Assembly (NCBI GenBank): GCA_015680685.1
Contig: MNCI01000130.1
Location: forward strand, 3,566-67,565
From: Gnetum montanum
Taxonomy: Eukaryota > Plantae > Gnetophyta
Reading direction: 5' to 3'
Length of the DNA stretch: 64,000 nucleotides
A program made the translations under genes and the position numbers. Below the pieces are notes generated by a model. It saw only the letters and a program-made list of their open reading frames with translations, did no database searches and was not told the DNA's origin. This document shows, piece by piece, positions 1 through 13,781 of this stretch (positions are counted from its first letter, which is position 1; each line of letters begins with the position of its first letter).

Positions 1-45
1 AATAAAATATAAACTTAAGGCTTATTTTCTTGTGTTTTTATTTTT

Positions 46-1778
46 AGGTGGCTCGCAGTTGACGTGGAAAAGGTGGCTAGCAATTTAGGGTTAGGTTTTC
101 TCCTTTCTCCTGCAGGGCTGCTGCTATAAATAGGGATTTCTGATGTTTCACCAGCGGGGATGGTTTTCCAGCTTTTTTTTGGGGTCTCCCATTAGTTGCC
201 GATCCTCCAATCGCGGCTATAGCCCACGCCTCCATTTGCAGCCCATCGCCTCCTTCTGTTCGCCTTCAACTTACGCCTCCCACGGCCAGATTTGGCCACG
301 ATCGAGGCCGTAACCAAGCGCACATCCAGCAGGCAGATTTTTTTTCCTTGCTCCGGCGCTCCTGCTTCTGGCAGTTTGGGCCCTGCTCTCGCCAGTTTTG
401 GTCCTCCACAGGGCAAATCTCGCCCTGCGCCGATCTTCTGCCTCCGATCTGACCTCAGCTGCCCCTCAGTTCCTGCGCTCCACAGCTCGGGCCCTTCTCC
501 TCCACCTGTGTCTGCACCTGCGCCGACTCCGCGCAGATCCTGCGCCCACAGCAAAGTGAGCAAAGACAGCAAAGGCGACGTGCGTTTCTCTGTCGGCGAT
601 GTGCGATCTGGTCCTGCTCTAGCCAGATCCGGCCCTCCCCAGGGCAGATCTGGCTCTGCTCAGGGTAACCAAGTGCGCAATAGAGGCCTCACGCTGTCTT
701 CATTTGCAGCTGCACCACCACCCGTTGCTGCCCATCCGTCCACAGTCCTCTGCCGCAGGTTCTACATCTGGTGCAGGAGCTATTGACACGACGGCCAACA
801 CTCAGATTGCGAGAGCACAGCAGACAGCAGCGAGCAGTCCTCTTATCTCCCAAGTAGTTGTTGCAGTAGGCGAATATGTGCCACAAAGGCAGCAACAGCA
901 GGACATATAAAATTTGAATTTTTGAGTTATTTATCATTTTATAAATTGCACAAATTATTTTAAGTTTCCAATATTAAATTAAACTTAAGTATTTAAATAT
1001 TAAATCAAATTTAAGTTTTTAATATTTTGTTTAAAATATTGTTATTATTGTTTTGTCACATAGCCCTTTCCAGCTGAGACTATTCCCAGGTTTCCGTACC
1101 CATACGGGAGGCGCCTTAGGCGATAGTCTCCTCAAACGAGTTTTCACAAGTGTTGGCGGCGTGTCCAAAATTTATGCATCAACAACTACATGGCCCTGAT
1201 TCTACGGCGGTCATAGATATGTAGGCAGCCAAGACTAGATAGTTTTGGTGCAGTGCTAAGCCACACCTTGTCCTAGATCGTGAGGGATCTGGGGGTGAGG
1301 CAACTTCCCTTGTAGGTGCATCGTCTCCCCTCCCACCTATGTGGTCTACAAGGTTGTGTGTGTGTTTGTTTGCTTGGTCCTCGTTTTGGAGTTTTGTTGC
1401 CCTCAATGAGGTGTGTGGTCATGTATGTTAAGAAGCTGTGCTTCTGCTTACACTCACTCGTGAGATGCTTGCTTGTTGGAGGCATATTCTCCAAGTCTTC
1501 CACCCCAGATCCATTGAATCTTTGTGAATTCCTTGGGGTGCCAGGCAACGTCAGGGCAACGTTGTTACAAATATTGTTAGATCTTTAACATATTGTAATT
1601 GGGATCTAAGATTTGGTTGATATGTTGTAGCTCTCATTTAATTTAATAAAGGTCTTCCAAATATGCTGACATGCAGCAGGCCCTTTTGGTGCTAACTTTA
1701 TCATCAGATTGTGTTGTAATTCTGTTGTACTGCGCCACTAGATCATTAATATCACTGTTAGAGATTTATCGATCAAAC
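46..1778 (+). mobile_element. GC-rich, probably non-autonomous TE-like insert (non-LTR-type 3' end) in the hydrolase intron; boundaries approximate
   Basis: CpG-rich block inside an AT-rich intron. It has TTAGGGTT at ~85, a TATA box CTATAAATA at ~124, several hairpins, and ends at ...GATTTATCGATCAAA, which resembles LINE-type 3' ends. The ORFs are low-complexity and have no recognisable domain. Confidence 0.4.
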
Positions 1779-3334
1779 AAGGATGGTTCATTAGCTGAAG
1801 CAAATTATGTAATATAACTTGTTCTTGTTATAAGATTATATATTAGTACCTACTTTGGCATCCTAACATTAGTGAAGCTTTCTTCTTAAGTAATTTTGTG
1901 ACTTTGGGCTTCTAATTTGACGTTACTTCCATCAAGAGATTGTTTATCCTGATATCACATATAAACATCACTCTGCACTTGTCAAGCATCTTTTTGGATA
2001 AATCATCTCGGGATTGAATCCCAGACTTGCAGTTATTAGAATCATTTTCCATTAAGATCGGAGTTCCTTTTTCTACCCTCTGCTACTGTCCAAGGGTGCC
2101 TTTAGGATCCCCCTGTTGTTTTTGCTTGTTCTGGAGGAGCCATCTCTCCTTGCCATTATGCTGTCCCAATGCTGAGAATTGCAATTGCATCAGGAGTTGT
2201 CGTCACAGCTTTTCTTTTCAAAAATGGGCAAAACATCATGGGTTTTTCATTTGGAAAATTTGGTACAAGCACCAAACCTTAAAAAATCTTAATTCAACTC
2301 ATGATTTTCAAGTCACCTCTTGATATTGCTTATGATATGCTTGCTTTGTGATTTTGGGATAATGGTATTTTCTTGTTCCTGAATTTTCATTGAAAAAGTT
2401 CTGAATAAAATTATTGTAAAATATGGTTCAAGAAATCTAGTTTTTTATTTTTATTTTTAAACTGACCTTTATAAATGTATGAGAAAACATTGAATTTTCT
2501 GACATGGCATTTTCTATGCAAATTATTACTTGTTTCTTACATAGGGGAAAATTATTTGGCAATCATAGTATTAAGTTATAACTTGACTATATATCTTGGA
2601 CGAAGTTTCAGTATCAAGATTTACTTAATGATCAGATGTGTTTTTGCTGTTTTTCCAGAACATACTGTATAATCGGTTTTTTTTTTCTTTAATTTCTTGT
2701 CCATGTAGTATTGATGATACTGTCGTCTGATGCAAGTGACACATGGCATAAAAGACAACAATAAAATCTGTAGTGACAAATGATTTGCCATGTCCCTTGT
2801 ACTTAAAACCACTTCTTGATTTTTTTACAACTTGTGTTTTATGTTTTTCACGTTTCCAGCAAAACTAACAATGGGGAACTAAATGGGATTCAAACTTTAT
2901 CTCTTGATTATCAATTTTATTCAATTTCCTTCTGAATCTGTCATGCTTTACCATGTAATTTATAGAATAATTAGGATATCTTCTTAGTCCCGACTCTTCT
3001 CCATAGCAGCCATCCCTCTAATCCTATTTAACAATTGGTGTTTTTTTTTATAATTTCATAACTTTGTTGACCTTTAATAACTGTTGAACTTTTGAAAATA
3101 ACATATTGAATGTTTATTATTACCAATTTCTTGTATAGTGGAAAGTTCGTCAGCAACCACGTTATTTAGATTTATCTAACTCGTGTGTGTTTGCTTCTTT
3201 CTCAAAAACTATTTATAGTCATCTGCTATCGCATATGAAATTAATAATTTTAAATCATTTCACCGGTAAATATTGATGAACCATGCACTTAATTTTCTTG
3301 TTAATTTTTATGTCCTGCTGTTCAAATTTTGCAG

Positions 3335-3463
3335 GTAGTGACTCTAGCTTCTTTTAGTGGAGGTGATGCATTCAATGTTATCCCAGATTCAGTTACCATC
3401 GGTGGCACATTCCGTGCATTTTCAAGTGACAGCATGCACAACCTCAAAAAGAGAATTGAGGAG
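3335..3463 (+). CDS. ILL: IAA-amino acid hydrolase ILR1-like (M20D peptidase), penultimate exon
   Basis: Boundaries are ttgcag|GTA...GAG|gtaatc, 129 bp, phase 0. Translates VVTLASFSGGDAFNVIPDSVTIGGTFRAFSSDSMHNLKKRIEE, the classic ILR1/IAR3 motif. Confidence 0.95.
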
Positions 3464-3777
3464 GTAATCTTGTGCGGTTATCTGGTTTATAGTTGGCCTA
3501 CGTAACCAAATATCATTTCATTGTTTTAAGGTGGTAGTTATTTTGCAACAGGAAATCTGAAAAAAGCCTTGACATTTCATGATAGTAAATGTTCTTTTCT
3601 ACTAGTAAAGTAATTTGATTTGTTTGGCATAGTTGGTCTATAGTGTTCTTCTATTTACTTGTTTTGGGTAGGGTAGTTACCCTTACTAAGAAAGTAGTTA
3701 GAGCTCTCTCTGTGGCTCTCTCTCTGCAGGTATAAAATGAAATGTTTGTTTTCTTAACTTCTTTGTTACTGTTGCAG

Positions 3778-4131
3778 GTTATTGTAGGCCAAGCAATTGT
3801 ACACAGGTGTAGTGCTGCTGTGGATTTTCTTGACAAGGAACATCCACTTCATCCTCCATTAGTCAATGACAGGCATTTGTATGACCATCTTCGTGAAGTC
3901 GTCTCTGATATACTAGGCAGTGACAAGTTTGAAATAATGCAATCAATGATGAGTTCAGAGGATTTTGCTTTTTATGCAGAGGTTGTACCGGGTGCAATGT
4001 ACTTTTTAGGTATAAGAAATGAAACAGCTGGATCAGTCCATGAACCACATTTTCCATTCTTTAGAGTCAATGAAAATGCTCTTCCAATTGGGGCGGCTAT
4101 TCATGCTGCAATAGCAAAACGCTACCTTTAA
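3778..4131 (+). CDS. ILL: IAA-amino acid hydrolase ILR1-like, last exon
   Basis: Acceptor ttgcag|GTT. Translates VIVGQAIVHRCSAAVDF...MSSEDFAFYAEVVPG...HEPHFPFFRVNENALPIGAAIHAAIAKRYL*, in frame with the previous exon. The 5' exons lie upstream of the window. Confidence 0.95.
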   Translation, partial: VIVGQAIVHRCSAAVDFLDKEHPLHPPLVNDRHLYDHLREVVSDILGSDKFEIMQSMMSSEDFAFYAEVVPGAMYFLGIRNETAGSVHEPHFPFFRVNENALPIGAAIHAAIAKRYL

Positions 4132-6033
4132 AAGGCAAGTGCACGTTTCATGTCTTGGTGGCAGATTATTATTATTAGTATTATTGTTTGTAAACATGAA
4201 GGCAGCTATTGATCATGTCACAGCAGCAGAAGAAGAAGGTATGTTTTAAATCAGTCCTTCTTGATGCCATCATGTTCATATGTAACCAAAGAAAATGATG
4301 TATTTGGTTTTGGGTTACAATTGTGTATTTCCTATCATGGAGTCCCACACATTATTGTTGGTGGGAAAATATGTTCCCAGTAACAAATCCCCTGGGATGA
4401 TAGATGATAAAGAGAAATAATAAATACAATGAATAACAATGCATGATATTTCACAATTTTTTGGTGTTTCATAGCACAGAGATTGCAGAAAGGGACCATG
4501 TTTTTTTCTTCATGTAATTTTCAGTCTATTGAGTGAACTTCATTGTTTTTATTCAAGCTACCAATGCTACCAATGCTAGTTTTAGAGAATTATACAGAAA
4601 ACGTGTTCAAATTACATGAATACTAGACACATCTAATCAGGATTTATTGACAAACACTCTGGGTCCAAATAGACAGTATAAAAAATCAGTATCAATATTT
4701 TTATTTAACACTTCTACAAGCTCAGTGGAGTGGGGTTACAAGGACATGAAATTTTTTACTGTACATCCATTTCTTTTGAATTATAAAACCCGACCTTTAC
4801 TGAAAAAAAAAACACTTCTGTGAGCTAGTTATTTTCTTTTTAATGCAAATGAGCATGGAACCATTAAATCAGACTTCCCACATATTCATGATACAGGAAT
4901 GTTGCAGATATTCATTTTTGAAACCAGCAGATTTTGTTCAGAATTTAATATAACAATTATACATTAGTATTGCAATACGAATTCCTGTGGTGGAAATGTT
5001 CACAATATATCCTGGGTACATAGAATCTTTATTATTTTGTAATACTTTAATCCAATTTATTATTGTGCTTTGACCGGCACGGTAATCATTAATAGTATTT
5101 TTAGGTAAGCTCTCCTGCAGGGTTATAATGGCTGCAGTGAAAATACAGTTTCAACAATGTTTTAAAAAATGTGTTTAAATATTGGATGAATTTGTGCCGT
5201 GGTCATAATAGAACTGGGGTTTCTCCTATATATATATATGAGATTTAAAAAGGCATTAGATAATCAGGAAGACGGCGGTGTTAACCATGCTCTTTTAAAA
5301 AGGCATTAGATAATCAGGGAGATATTAGAACATAAACATCTTTTGAAAAAGGACTCCACCATGCTCTTGAATGTTACCAGAACCACACCAAACTGGTTTG
5401 GAGTGAACAAAAAGAATTGTGTGTTCTTAAAAGATGGTACCATGCAGGTAAAATAAAATATGTTCCTTGGGGCGAGAATTCATTGCTTGATTACTGCTGA
5501 AAAGTGAATCACTAAGTAGTATGAAACCTTGCAATAGCAAAAGAGCAATAAGAAATCAAATTTCATAAATATGAAAAACTTAAACTCCATAAAAGTGCAG
5601 GTTCATATTAATAAAAATGAAAGTTTATTATTTTTTCAAACAAGGAACTCTTAATTTTTTTCAAAATTGCATTTTGCTAAGTCCACAATTCACATTACCT
5701 AAAGTATTCAAAGCATTCTTTCATGTTGAAATTAGAAAAAAAACAAACATATAATAAATTAAATTTTAAAACCATTTTTGGTTGCCAAAAAGGAAACTTG
5801 AAAACTTAAAGTGGTTACCTTTTGGCATCTCATTCTATGATAAGAGAAAACCATGATTCATAATCGTGCGTCATCCATGATCCATAATCCCAAATCATTC
5901 AAAAACTTCAAATTTTCATTCTTCATCTTATTTCTTTTGCAATGTTTCATCCTCTGCAGCATCCAAGGTTTGTGTGTAAATAGCTTTGAAATCTAGGTCA
6001 ATTGTAGGCCCAACTAGCTATTTATAAAGGTTT

Positions 6034-6406
6034 TGTTAGGAAATATTACTTTCAATATTGGTTGATTTGTGAGCCAAATTGTGTACCACTGGTAACCTTA
6101 TGATGTAATGTTTAGGGTTATAACTCTCATAATTTATGTAATGTATGGATAGTTAGGATTATGAGTTGTTAAATTTTCATTATTTGTTTCCCTTAATTAT
6201 GTTATGAAGAGTCATATTTGTAGTTATAATTATGTTATTTCACTTGGTATGTTAAATACTAAGGCATTTCAACTTTTGCATTAACCAATACATCATTTAC
6301 ATCCTTGGAAGATTGCCTTGGGCTTTTAGTCCTTGTTCTATTCAACCATGCTCACCACGAAAAAGAACCTATTTATAGTTGATACTTTTTGTTGTGATTT
6401 CTAACA
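6034..6406 (+). repeat. 5' LTR of the copia element
   Basis: TGTTAG...CTAACA inverted termini, immediately followed by the PBS. Confidence 0.8.
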
Positions 6407-6418
6407 TGGTATCAAAGC
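6407..6418 (+). promoter_or_regulatory. Primer-binding site (tRNA-iMet type)
   Basis: TGGTATCAAAGC versus the canonical TGGTATCAGAGC. Confidence 0.85.
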
Positions 6419-8668
6419 ATATTGGTTGGTGAGTATGAATATCCAACCTAACCCCCAAGACGAAGAAAACTACATCAACTTCTCATATTATTGTTGAACC
6501 TATGATTGTTCAGGACAATAAATCAGAACCATCAATAACAAGACCTAAAGCTTGTGTGCCTCTTCTTGAAAGTCAAGCTCTTACAGCAACAATTTTTAAC
6601 GTTTGGAAGATTTGGATAAAGATGTTGCTAAGAGGAAATAGCCTAGAGGATACCATTCTTTTATATGCTATTGTGGACAAAAATAATCATGTGGCACAAA
6701 TGCTAATTTGCCTAAACATGTTTGAAGAATATGTTTAGTTAGTCACTGAGGAGGATCTTGCATAGAATATGTGAAAGAAATTATCTTTTGAAGTCAAGAA
6801 CAAATCAAAGATTCTCTCCCTTAAAAATCAACTCAGTGCCATGCAATTGAAGGAGAAAGAACTAGTCTCCCCTTTAGTAAAGAAAGTCTTAGACTCATGA
6901 GCAACATTGCAAGTTGAAAATACCAAGGTATTTGAAGAAACAATTAAATTTTATTTATTAATAGCTTTACCACTATCATTTGAAGTATTTCATCAAATTG
7001 TCAAGAATGATGAAAAAACATGTATGGTTGCAAAGTTGTACGTGAAAGTACTCAAGGAAGAAGTTAAAATAAAGGCCTATTTCGAACAATGTGATGAATC
7101 TTTGTTGCAAGCATTGGTCTCTAAGGAAATTGTCTACAAGTAAAGACAACCATCACAATATTGCCATATTTATAAGGAGGGAAATCATGATACAAACCAT
7201 TGTTTTGATAATGGAAAGAATTCAGAAACTAGTATCATGACCAAGCAACATGCTCAAAAGATTGCCATGAATTGTGTTGAGAACATGCAAAAGACAAAAA
7301 AGGATAGAGAAATTTCTAATAATAATAATAAAGGTAAATCTTTCTAAAACCAAAAGGCAAGTGTTATTAATGTTGTAAAGAACGATGCAAATTCCCAATT
7401 CCTTCTTGTTGACTTGAATGCAACCATAACTAATAATATTAACACCAGTTTAGTCTATATTGATTCTTGCTAGTTTCTCTTGCCATCTCACAAGGAATAA
7501 GTCCTTGTCATTTAATTCTAAGAAATTAATGAAACCCCATTTTGTTGAGATTGATGACAAACGATTAATAGAAGTTCTTAATACAAAGGACATTAAATTT
7601 AATAATCTCTTGTTAAATGATGTATGCTACTCTCCTAAGTTTGCCATGACACTAATATCTATCTATACATTAGTGTAAGATGATCTAATGGTTGATTTCA
7701 CCAAAAAACCAGCACATTGAACCATACTATTGTATAAACCAAGATGAGTTAATGCACTCCCACTTAAAACTTGGGTATGAAAATGTAAACGTATTAAAGA
7801 AGTTACATCCATTTTATCCCTTTATTTCCTACTTTGATGGCTAAGTGAAGGACTTGAACTACAAAAATTGTAAAATAGGAAAGATGTATTATTTATTATT
7901 ACCCAAAAAAGTTTTTTGAAGATGACACAACCATTGGAGCTAATTCTTTTTGATGTTTTCTATTCATTTACTCCTCAAGCAAGGGGGAATGAGTGATACT
8001 TTGTGTTAGTCATTGATGACTTTACTCATATGACTTGGATCTCTAGGCTAGACAAATAGTCCCAAGTGCTTGAGAAGTTTAAATATTTTAAGAATTTGGT
8101 CAAAAATAAAAAGAATCAAAAAATTGCTATTTTAAGATCTAATGGTGAAGGTGAATATGCCTTTTAAGAGTTTCATCGGTTTTATAATAATTCTAAAATG
8201 CAAAAACAATACATGGCACCTTATTCTCCTCAACAAAATAGTGTTACAGAAAGAAAAAATCACATTGTTGTAGAGATGACTGGATGCATGATGCATAATG
8301 CCCAATTGTCTAAATATCTTTAAATAGAAGTAACTTATTATGTAATTCACATCATCAACCATGTTCCAATTGCAACTTTAAATGGGCACACATTTGACAT
8401 GCAAATAGATTGACCAAGAGGTAGTGTCAATATCATATCTTTAGCTATTTTGAAAAGTTTGTTATACACATATTCCTTAAGCAAAACATGGAAAGTTAGA
8501 CCCAAAGCCGCGATTGGGTTGCTACTCAATTATTTATTTATCCATAAATCATATCGAGTGTAGGATATCTAAAACTAAAGCTTTATTATGTTTGAAGACC
8601 CATAGGATCTATTGGATAAATATTACATTTTCTTGAAAAAGAAAGACACACTTTACAAATTAACTAGG

Positions 8669-10329
8669 TGATGAGTAACAGGCACCCCTTAACGCCTAAT
8701 CATATGAATCACAAGTGTTCACACACGATCTAGTGGAATTCCGTGGATGGGTTTAGTTGTGGCATCTAGATCGTTATGTCTTAATCACAATTCGTTGTCT
8801 TCCCACTTGGACTAGTGGTAGCTTTGTCATGTATGGTTTAGTCCAAAGTGAGGCATATGATAATTGATGTTATTGTGGCCTTATGCTACTCCTAATGATA
8901 ATAAGAAAATTAAATATTTAATCTAATTAACACTGGAAAGTAAAGTCTAAACTAGCCTACGTGCGATGAGTATCCATTCCTAACCTTCCATAAATGCCGG
9001 ACATCGTGTAACTACTGATGGGATTACCAAGCATACCATTACTAGGCATACCAAATGATAACACTATTGGGTTACCAAGTAATTACCCTTTAGTGCTTGT
9101 GATTAGTCGTACTCATTCCACTTGATGACAGAAGCAATAAAGAGCAATAAATGATAAACATTAACTAAGGAAAATAATAAGTATTTAAGTAATTAACAAT
9201 AATAAAGCTAAGTGGATGTTACAATGATGGAAGTAATCTCAATCTTTATTGTCGAACATGTAATGTGTCCAAGCATGTCACATTCAAATAAGGATGTTAT
9301 ACAATCACTTAACATCACACTATAGGCATGCACTGGAAACAAACTAACACCTATCTATTCTCTCCTCTATGTCTAAAATCTATATCCAAACCATGCACCC
9401 AAGTGTTGTATTTATAGGCTAGCATGGATGAGGCAATATCAGACCCCCTTGACATCAGCGGTTGTGCCCCAATATTGAATACTTGATAATGTGGCTCCAA
9501 TTTTGGAGCCCTACCAAAACGTGACTCATCATACCCCCACGATTAAATGAAAACTCATCCTCAAGTTAAACAAAATGAGGAGCAAGTTCTTTACAAAATA
9601 TTAGGAAGGTATGAGATTATTAGCTAACTCTACCAGACACACAAACTGACTATTTCATGCCACAGTGGTGATTTACAAAAAGAAAATGGACATGTTTGAC
9701 AAAATAACAAAATTGGGGAAGCTATGTAGTTCTTGAAGGCGGTGGCTCTTCCATTGGCTACTTCTCTTTGTCATTAGGCTTCTAGAATTTGTAATGATTT
9801 AGAAGTGCCTACAACTTCTCCTCCTCCATTCTTCAGTCATGCATTGTTAAGGCTAATGATCTAATGTGTGCTAGAGCTAGTACATCCCATGAACATGACA
9901 ACTACGAGAACATTTGATTAGCTTTCACATACCACACCACAAACTACCTTCATTCCTCCTTAAAAGCCTTGGCCTTTTCTCTCAATTCATGATAATTTGT
10001 TAATCTCTTGGCCAAGTTTGAAGCTACATCTCTTTGCCCATGGTAGCGAGCCTTAATTGTTTCTAGTTCCGAGTTTGCCACATGAAGTTTTTGTAGAACA
10101 TCTTTTCTATCTGCAAACTTCTTCTAGTATAAAGTATAAGTGGTTGCTACTTGTTGTTCTAATTCATTTCTAGGCTGACCTGCTATTAACATGGCTAGGT
10201 TAACATGAAAAAGGTTAGCTAACACCATGTACTCCTTCAAATCCTCAATCTACAAGTCCTTGTTTTTTCACATTTGCTTGGTGGACTAGGATATCCAATA
10301 TTGGAGCCCTACCAAAACATGACTCATCA
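8669..10329 (-). mobile_element. Internally deleted Athila-like gypsy element inserted in the copia
   Basis: Full 3' LTR at 8669-9531 (TGATG...CATCA) and PPT (TACCCCCAC on +, 9532-9540). Then ~760 bp similar to the extra ORF at ~37500-38000, and a ~36-bp 5' LTR stub at 10294-10329. TSD is CTAGG/CTAAG. Confidence 0.85.
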
Positions 10330-12189
10330 CTAAGTAACAATAGGAGAAACAAAAAAAGAAAGAGATTATAAATTCTAAAGATGTGGTTTTCAATTATATA
10401 TTCTTAAATTCAACCAGGTTTGCAATGTTTTTTGTGAAAATGTGAGAACTCCTTCTTTTAATGCAATAAGGATGTCACAATTTGAAAGTTCCTTAAGAGA
10501 ACACGTAGATATAAAAGTTGTTATGGATCATGATATCATTCAACATCCTAAAATTGTAGATTTTCAATTGTTATGGTTTTAAAATCAATTGAAGGATTTG
10601 AGATCAACCAAGTTGAAACACATTCATGAATTACTAATAAACCATCTAAGAAGTGAGAAAGTATTCTTTGTGCAAGATCACTTTGAATTGACTAATTTGG
10701 AAGAGATATTTGAAATGAGTGAACTTGTGATGTGCAAGATGTACTTAAGAATAAAGAGTAGATAAAAGCAATGAGAATAGATTTTGACATGATTAAAAAG
10801 AACAAAACATGAAAATTTATCACACTTACCAAATCTCATAAAGTGTTACCATGTAGGTGGGTATTCAAGATCAAAAGAAAATTCAATAGTATCATTGATA
10901 AGTATAAGGCACAACTAGTTGTAAAAGGTTGTGCATGACATAAAGATAGATTATAAAGGGGCTTTAACCCCAACCATGAAGCTAAGATCCATAAGAATTA
11001 TGCTTTTATTGCAAGTACTTATGGTTGAAAGCTATATTCATTGGATGTTAAATATGAGTTTTTGAATGGAGATTTGAAAGAAGAGATATTTATGTACTAA
11101 CATAAAAGTTTTGTGAAAAGTGCTTGTCCAAATTATATTTGTAGACTAAAGAAGTCCTTATACAATTTGAAATAGGCTCCCTGATAACAATACATAAAGT
11201 TTGATGATTAGTTATGTAAAGAAAGGTTCAAAAGAGTAGATGCAAATGTCAATCTATATATTTATTCAACTAAAGACTTAGGAAGGGTTGTTATACTTAT
11301 TTCATATGTTGATGATATTATTATCATTTGGAAGTAACAAGGTCTAATCTAAGAGGTTAAGGGTTAGTAAAAATAAAAACTTGAAATGTTGGATCTTGGC
11401 ATACTCAATTACTTTTTGGGTTTTGAGATTGATTACTAATCCAATCATATAAGAATTACTCAAAAGAAATGCACAGTTAAGCTTCTTACAAAATATCGTA
11501 TGTTGGAATGTAAACCAAAGTTGATATCTTTGGATCCAAGTAATTTTCCTAGAAAGAATGATTCAAAATTGATTGATGAACCCATGGAGTTTTGGCTATT
11601 GATTTATAAAATAATCTACCTAACTAATATAAAACCAAACATTATGTATGTAGGTAATGTCTTCTCACAATTTAACTAGAAACCTACTAGAAATCAAAGG
11701 ATAATGGATCTAGGAATTCTAAAGTATTTTTAATGTACCTAAGATTATGGGTTGATTTATGATAGTCCTTCTATAGTTTAGTTGGAAGGATTTATAGATG
11801 CTGACTATGGTAGAGATACCACAACAAGACGTTCTACACTTGAATTCCTCATTAACCATAGAGAAAGTTTCATAACCAATAATAGGGAAAATTTTAAGAC
11901 TATGAGGTTCTATATTCATATAGAAGGATTGGTGAATCCCCATGAAAGTCTTTGAAATACCTTCCAAAAGTTGCTAGAATTGCATGGCAAATTCCATTTC
12001 AAAAAAATATATAGTATTCATAACTTGGTGAATAAAAAATCAAAGTGCTACATTTTAATCAAAAAATGACTAAAATAGGAGGCTTACTATTTAATATTTT
12101 TGAACCATACTCAAGACAAAAAACTAACATATAAAAATATGATTTTGATGAAATGTTGAATTTATTCAGTAGGTCGGCTCTACAATCAT

Positions 12190-12365
12190 GATTACTATGC
12201 ATTACAAAATTACATCCCAAAATACATTGAAAACTACAACCACATGGTCTTTACAATCTAATACATCCCAAAATACACCAACATGGTGTTTGGTATCCTA
12301 CTTACAGTCTAAAATTATATTCCAAAATACCTTGAAAATACAACATGGTGTTTACTATCTTGGTA
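12190..12365. repeat. Degenerate tandem repeats (CCAAAATAC...ACATGGT units, ~3 copies)
   Basis: The motifs ACATCCCAAAATAC and CAACATGGT recur at ~50-65 bp spacing. Confidence 0.45.
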
Positions 12366-12905
12366 ACCTAAGAATTAAAATTTACACAAATACATAACTT
12401 TTTGAATGTCCCTTGACATTTTTATACATGATGGACATGGATTTTATGCCTAATTAAATATATTACAAGAATGGTAACAACCACCATAGTCAAACATATA
12501 ACTATGTCAAGAGCTTGATGAAATCAATTCCTTATTGCTAGAATTGGTGGCATTGTTGGCTGTCAATGATTTTAGTTGGTACAACTTTTTCCATTATGTG
12601 AAAAGTTTGAAAATCATATTTGCAAATTAAATAATGCATATGTAATGAAAAATAAGAAACATCACTTTCAAGAAGTAAACATTTCCCCTAAGAAACAATA
12701 GATAACACTCAAGAGATAACACATAACTATTTTTTCAAATAAGAAAGATTCGATAATGCTTTGAAGAAGTTAACACTTCTCCTAGCAACTATTTTTTCAA
12801 ACATACAAACATAACCATAAATCATTAAAACATAACTAGAAAGTAGAAAGCATTCAAACATAAAAAAAGGTTTTAATGTGCATACTACAAGCCTTTAATG
12901 CTTAT

Positions 12906-13781
12906 TGATGAAACAATTTATGTGTAAGTCTACGATATTGTATCTACGATATCCTAGTTACAATATCATAGCTCTGCATATGTCATGGTAGATATGATGT
13001 TGTGGGACATGGTCATGCCTATAAAGACCAATCCACCATCATGTCAAAAATAAGTTTTGCCCAACACTTAGTGAAATTCTTATAGCTTGTTTTCTTGAAG
13101 TTAGAGTTAGAGTAAATGCCTACAATATGGTGAATTATAGTCATATGTAATCTTTATTCGAGTGGATTATTCCTAGATACAAGTCATGAACAAAAATAAA
13201 GATTGAGGTTGTTCTTCATCATTCCAGCATCTCACTTAACGTAGATTTACTTTTCTATAATGTTTACTTTTACTAAGTCATTTACATTTCCTAAGTCACT
13301 TACAATTCCAATATTGATTATTAAGGAATAATAAGTACAATTGGTTTTGAACGTAAAGTGTAATTGTTTGATAACCTAGCAGTGACTTCACTTGATTCCC
13401 TTAGTAATAAAGTTACTTGGCAATCCCGATAACAATTACATCAACCTAGGATATGTATGAAAAACTAGGAATGATTGCTTATCACCATAGGATAAAGTAG
13501 ATTTACGTTTTCACTATACTTAGAATTAGGATTTATAATCATTTCCATCATGTTGTCGATTAGCACACTTACAACCCAACAACATTAGTTCATCATATAT
13601 CTCACTAAGTGTTACACTATACATTTTGTACTTTATTAACTCTAAGTGAGAAGATAATGATCATGAACTTAATATCAACTCACGAGTATACTTACATTAT
13701 CCATCCATAGATTATGATCTAGTTTCACGTGAATACTTGTGACTTGTATGGTTGAGTGTTAGAATACCCAACTATTCATCG
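12906..13781 (+). repeat. 5' LTR of an Athila-like gypsy element
   Basis: TGATGAAACAATTTATGTGT...TTCATC(G), with a TATA-like CCTATAAA at ~13018. Followed by a decayed tRNA-Asp-type PBS, TGGCACCTTTGCTAGAGA (cf. Athila TGGCGCCGTTGCCGGGGA), at ~13783-13800. Confidence 0.85.

Larger units (their letters stand above)
6034..11880 (+). mobile_element. Degenerate Ty1/copia LTR retrotransposon, 3'-truncated and interrupted at 8669-10329
   Basis: 5' LTR plus Met-PBS, then stop-riddled domains in copia order: gag; INT (LRSNGEGEY, PYSPQQNSVTERKNH, ~8130-8280); RT (LPCRWVFKIKR, LDVKYEFLNGDLKEEIFM, YVDDIII); RNase H start (LEGFIDADYGRDTTTRRST, ~11780-11840). No 3' LTR found. Confidence 0.9.

Noticed and set aside
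192-937. Overlapping 68-164 aa ORFs on both strands
   Set aside because: They are low-complexity products of GC-rich sequence with no domain similarity.
5245-5322. Direct repeat TTAAAAAGGCATTAGATAATCAGG x2
   Set aside because: A simple local duplication with no further structure.
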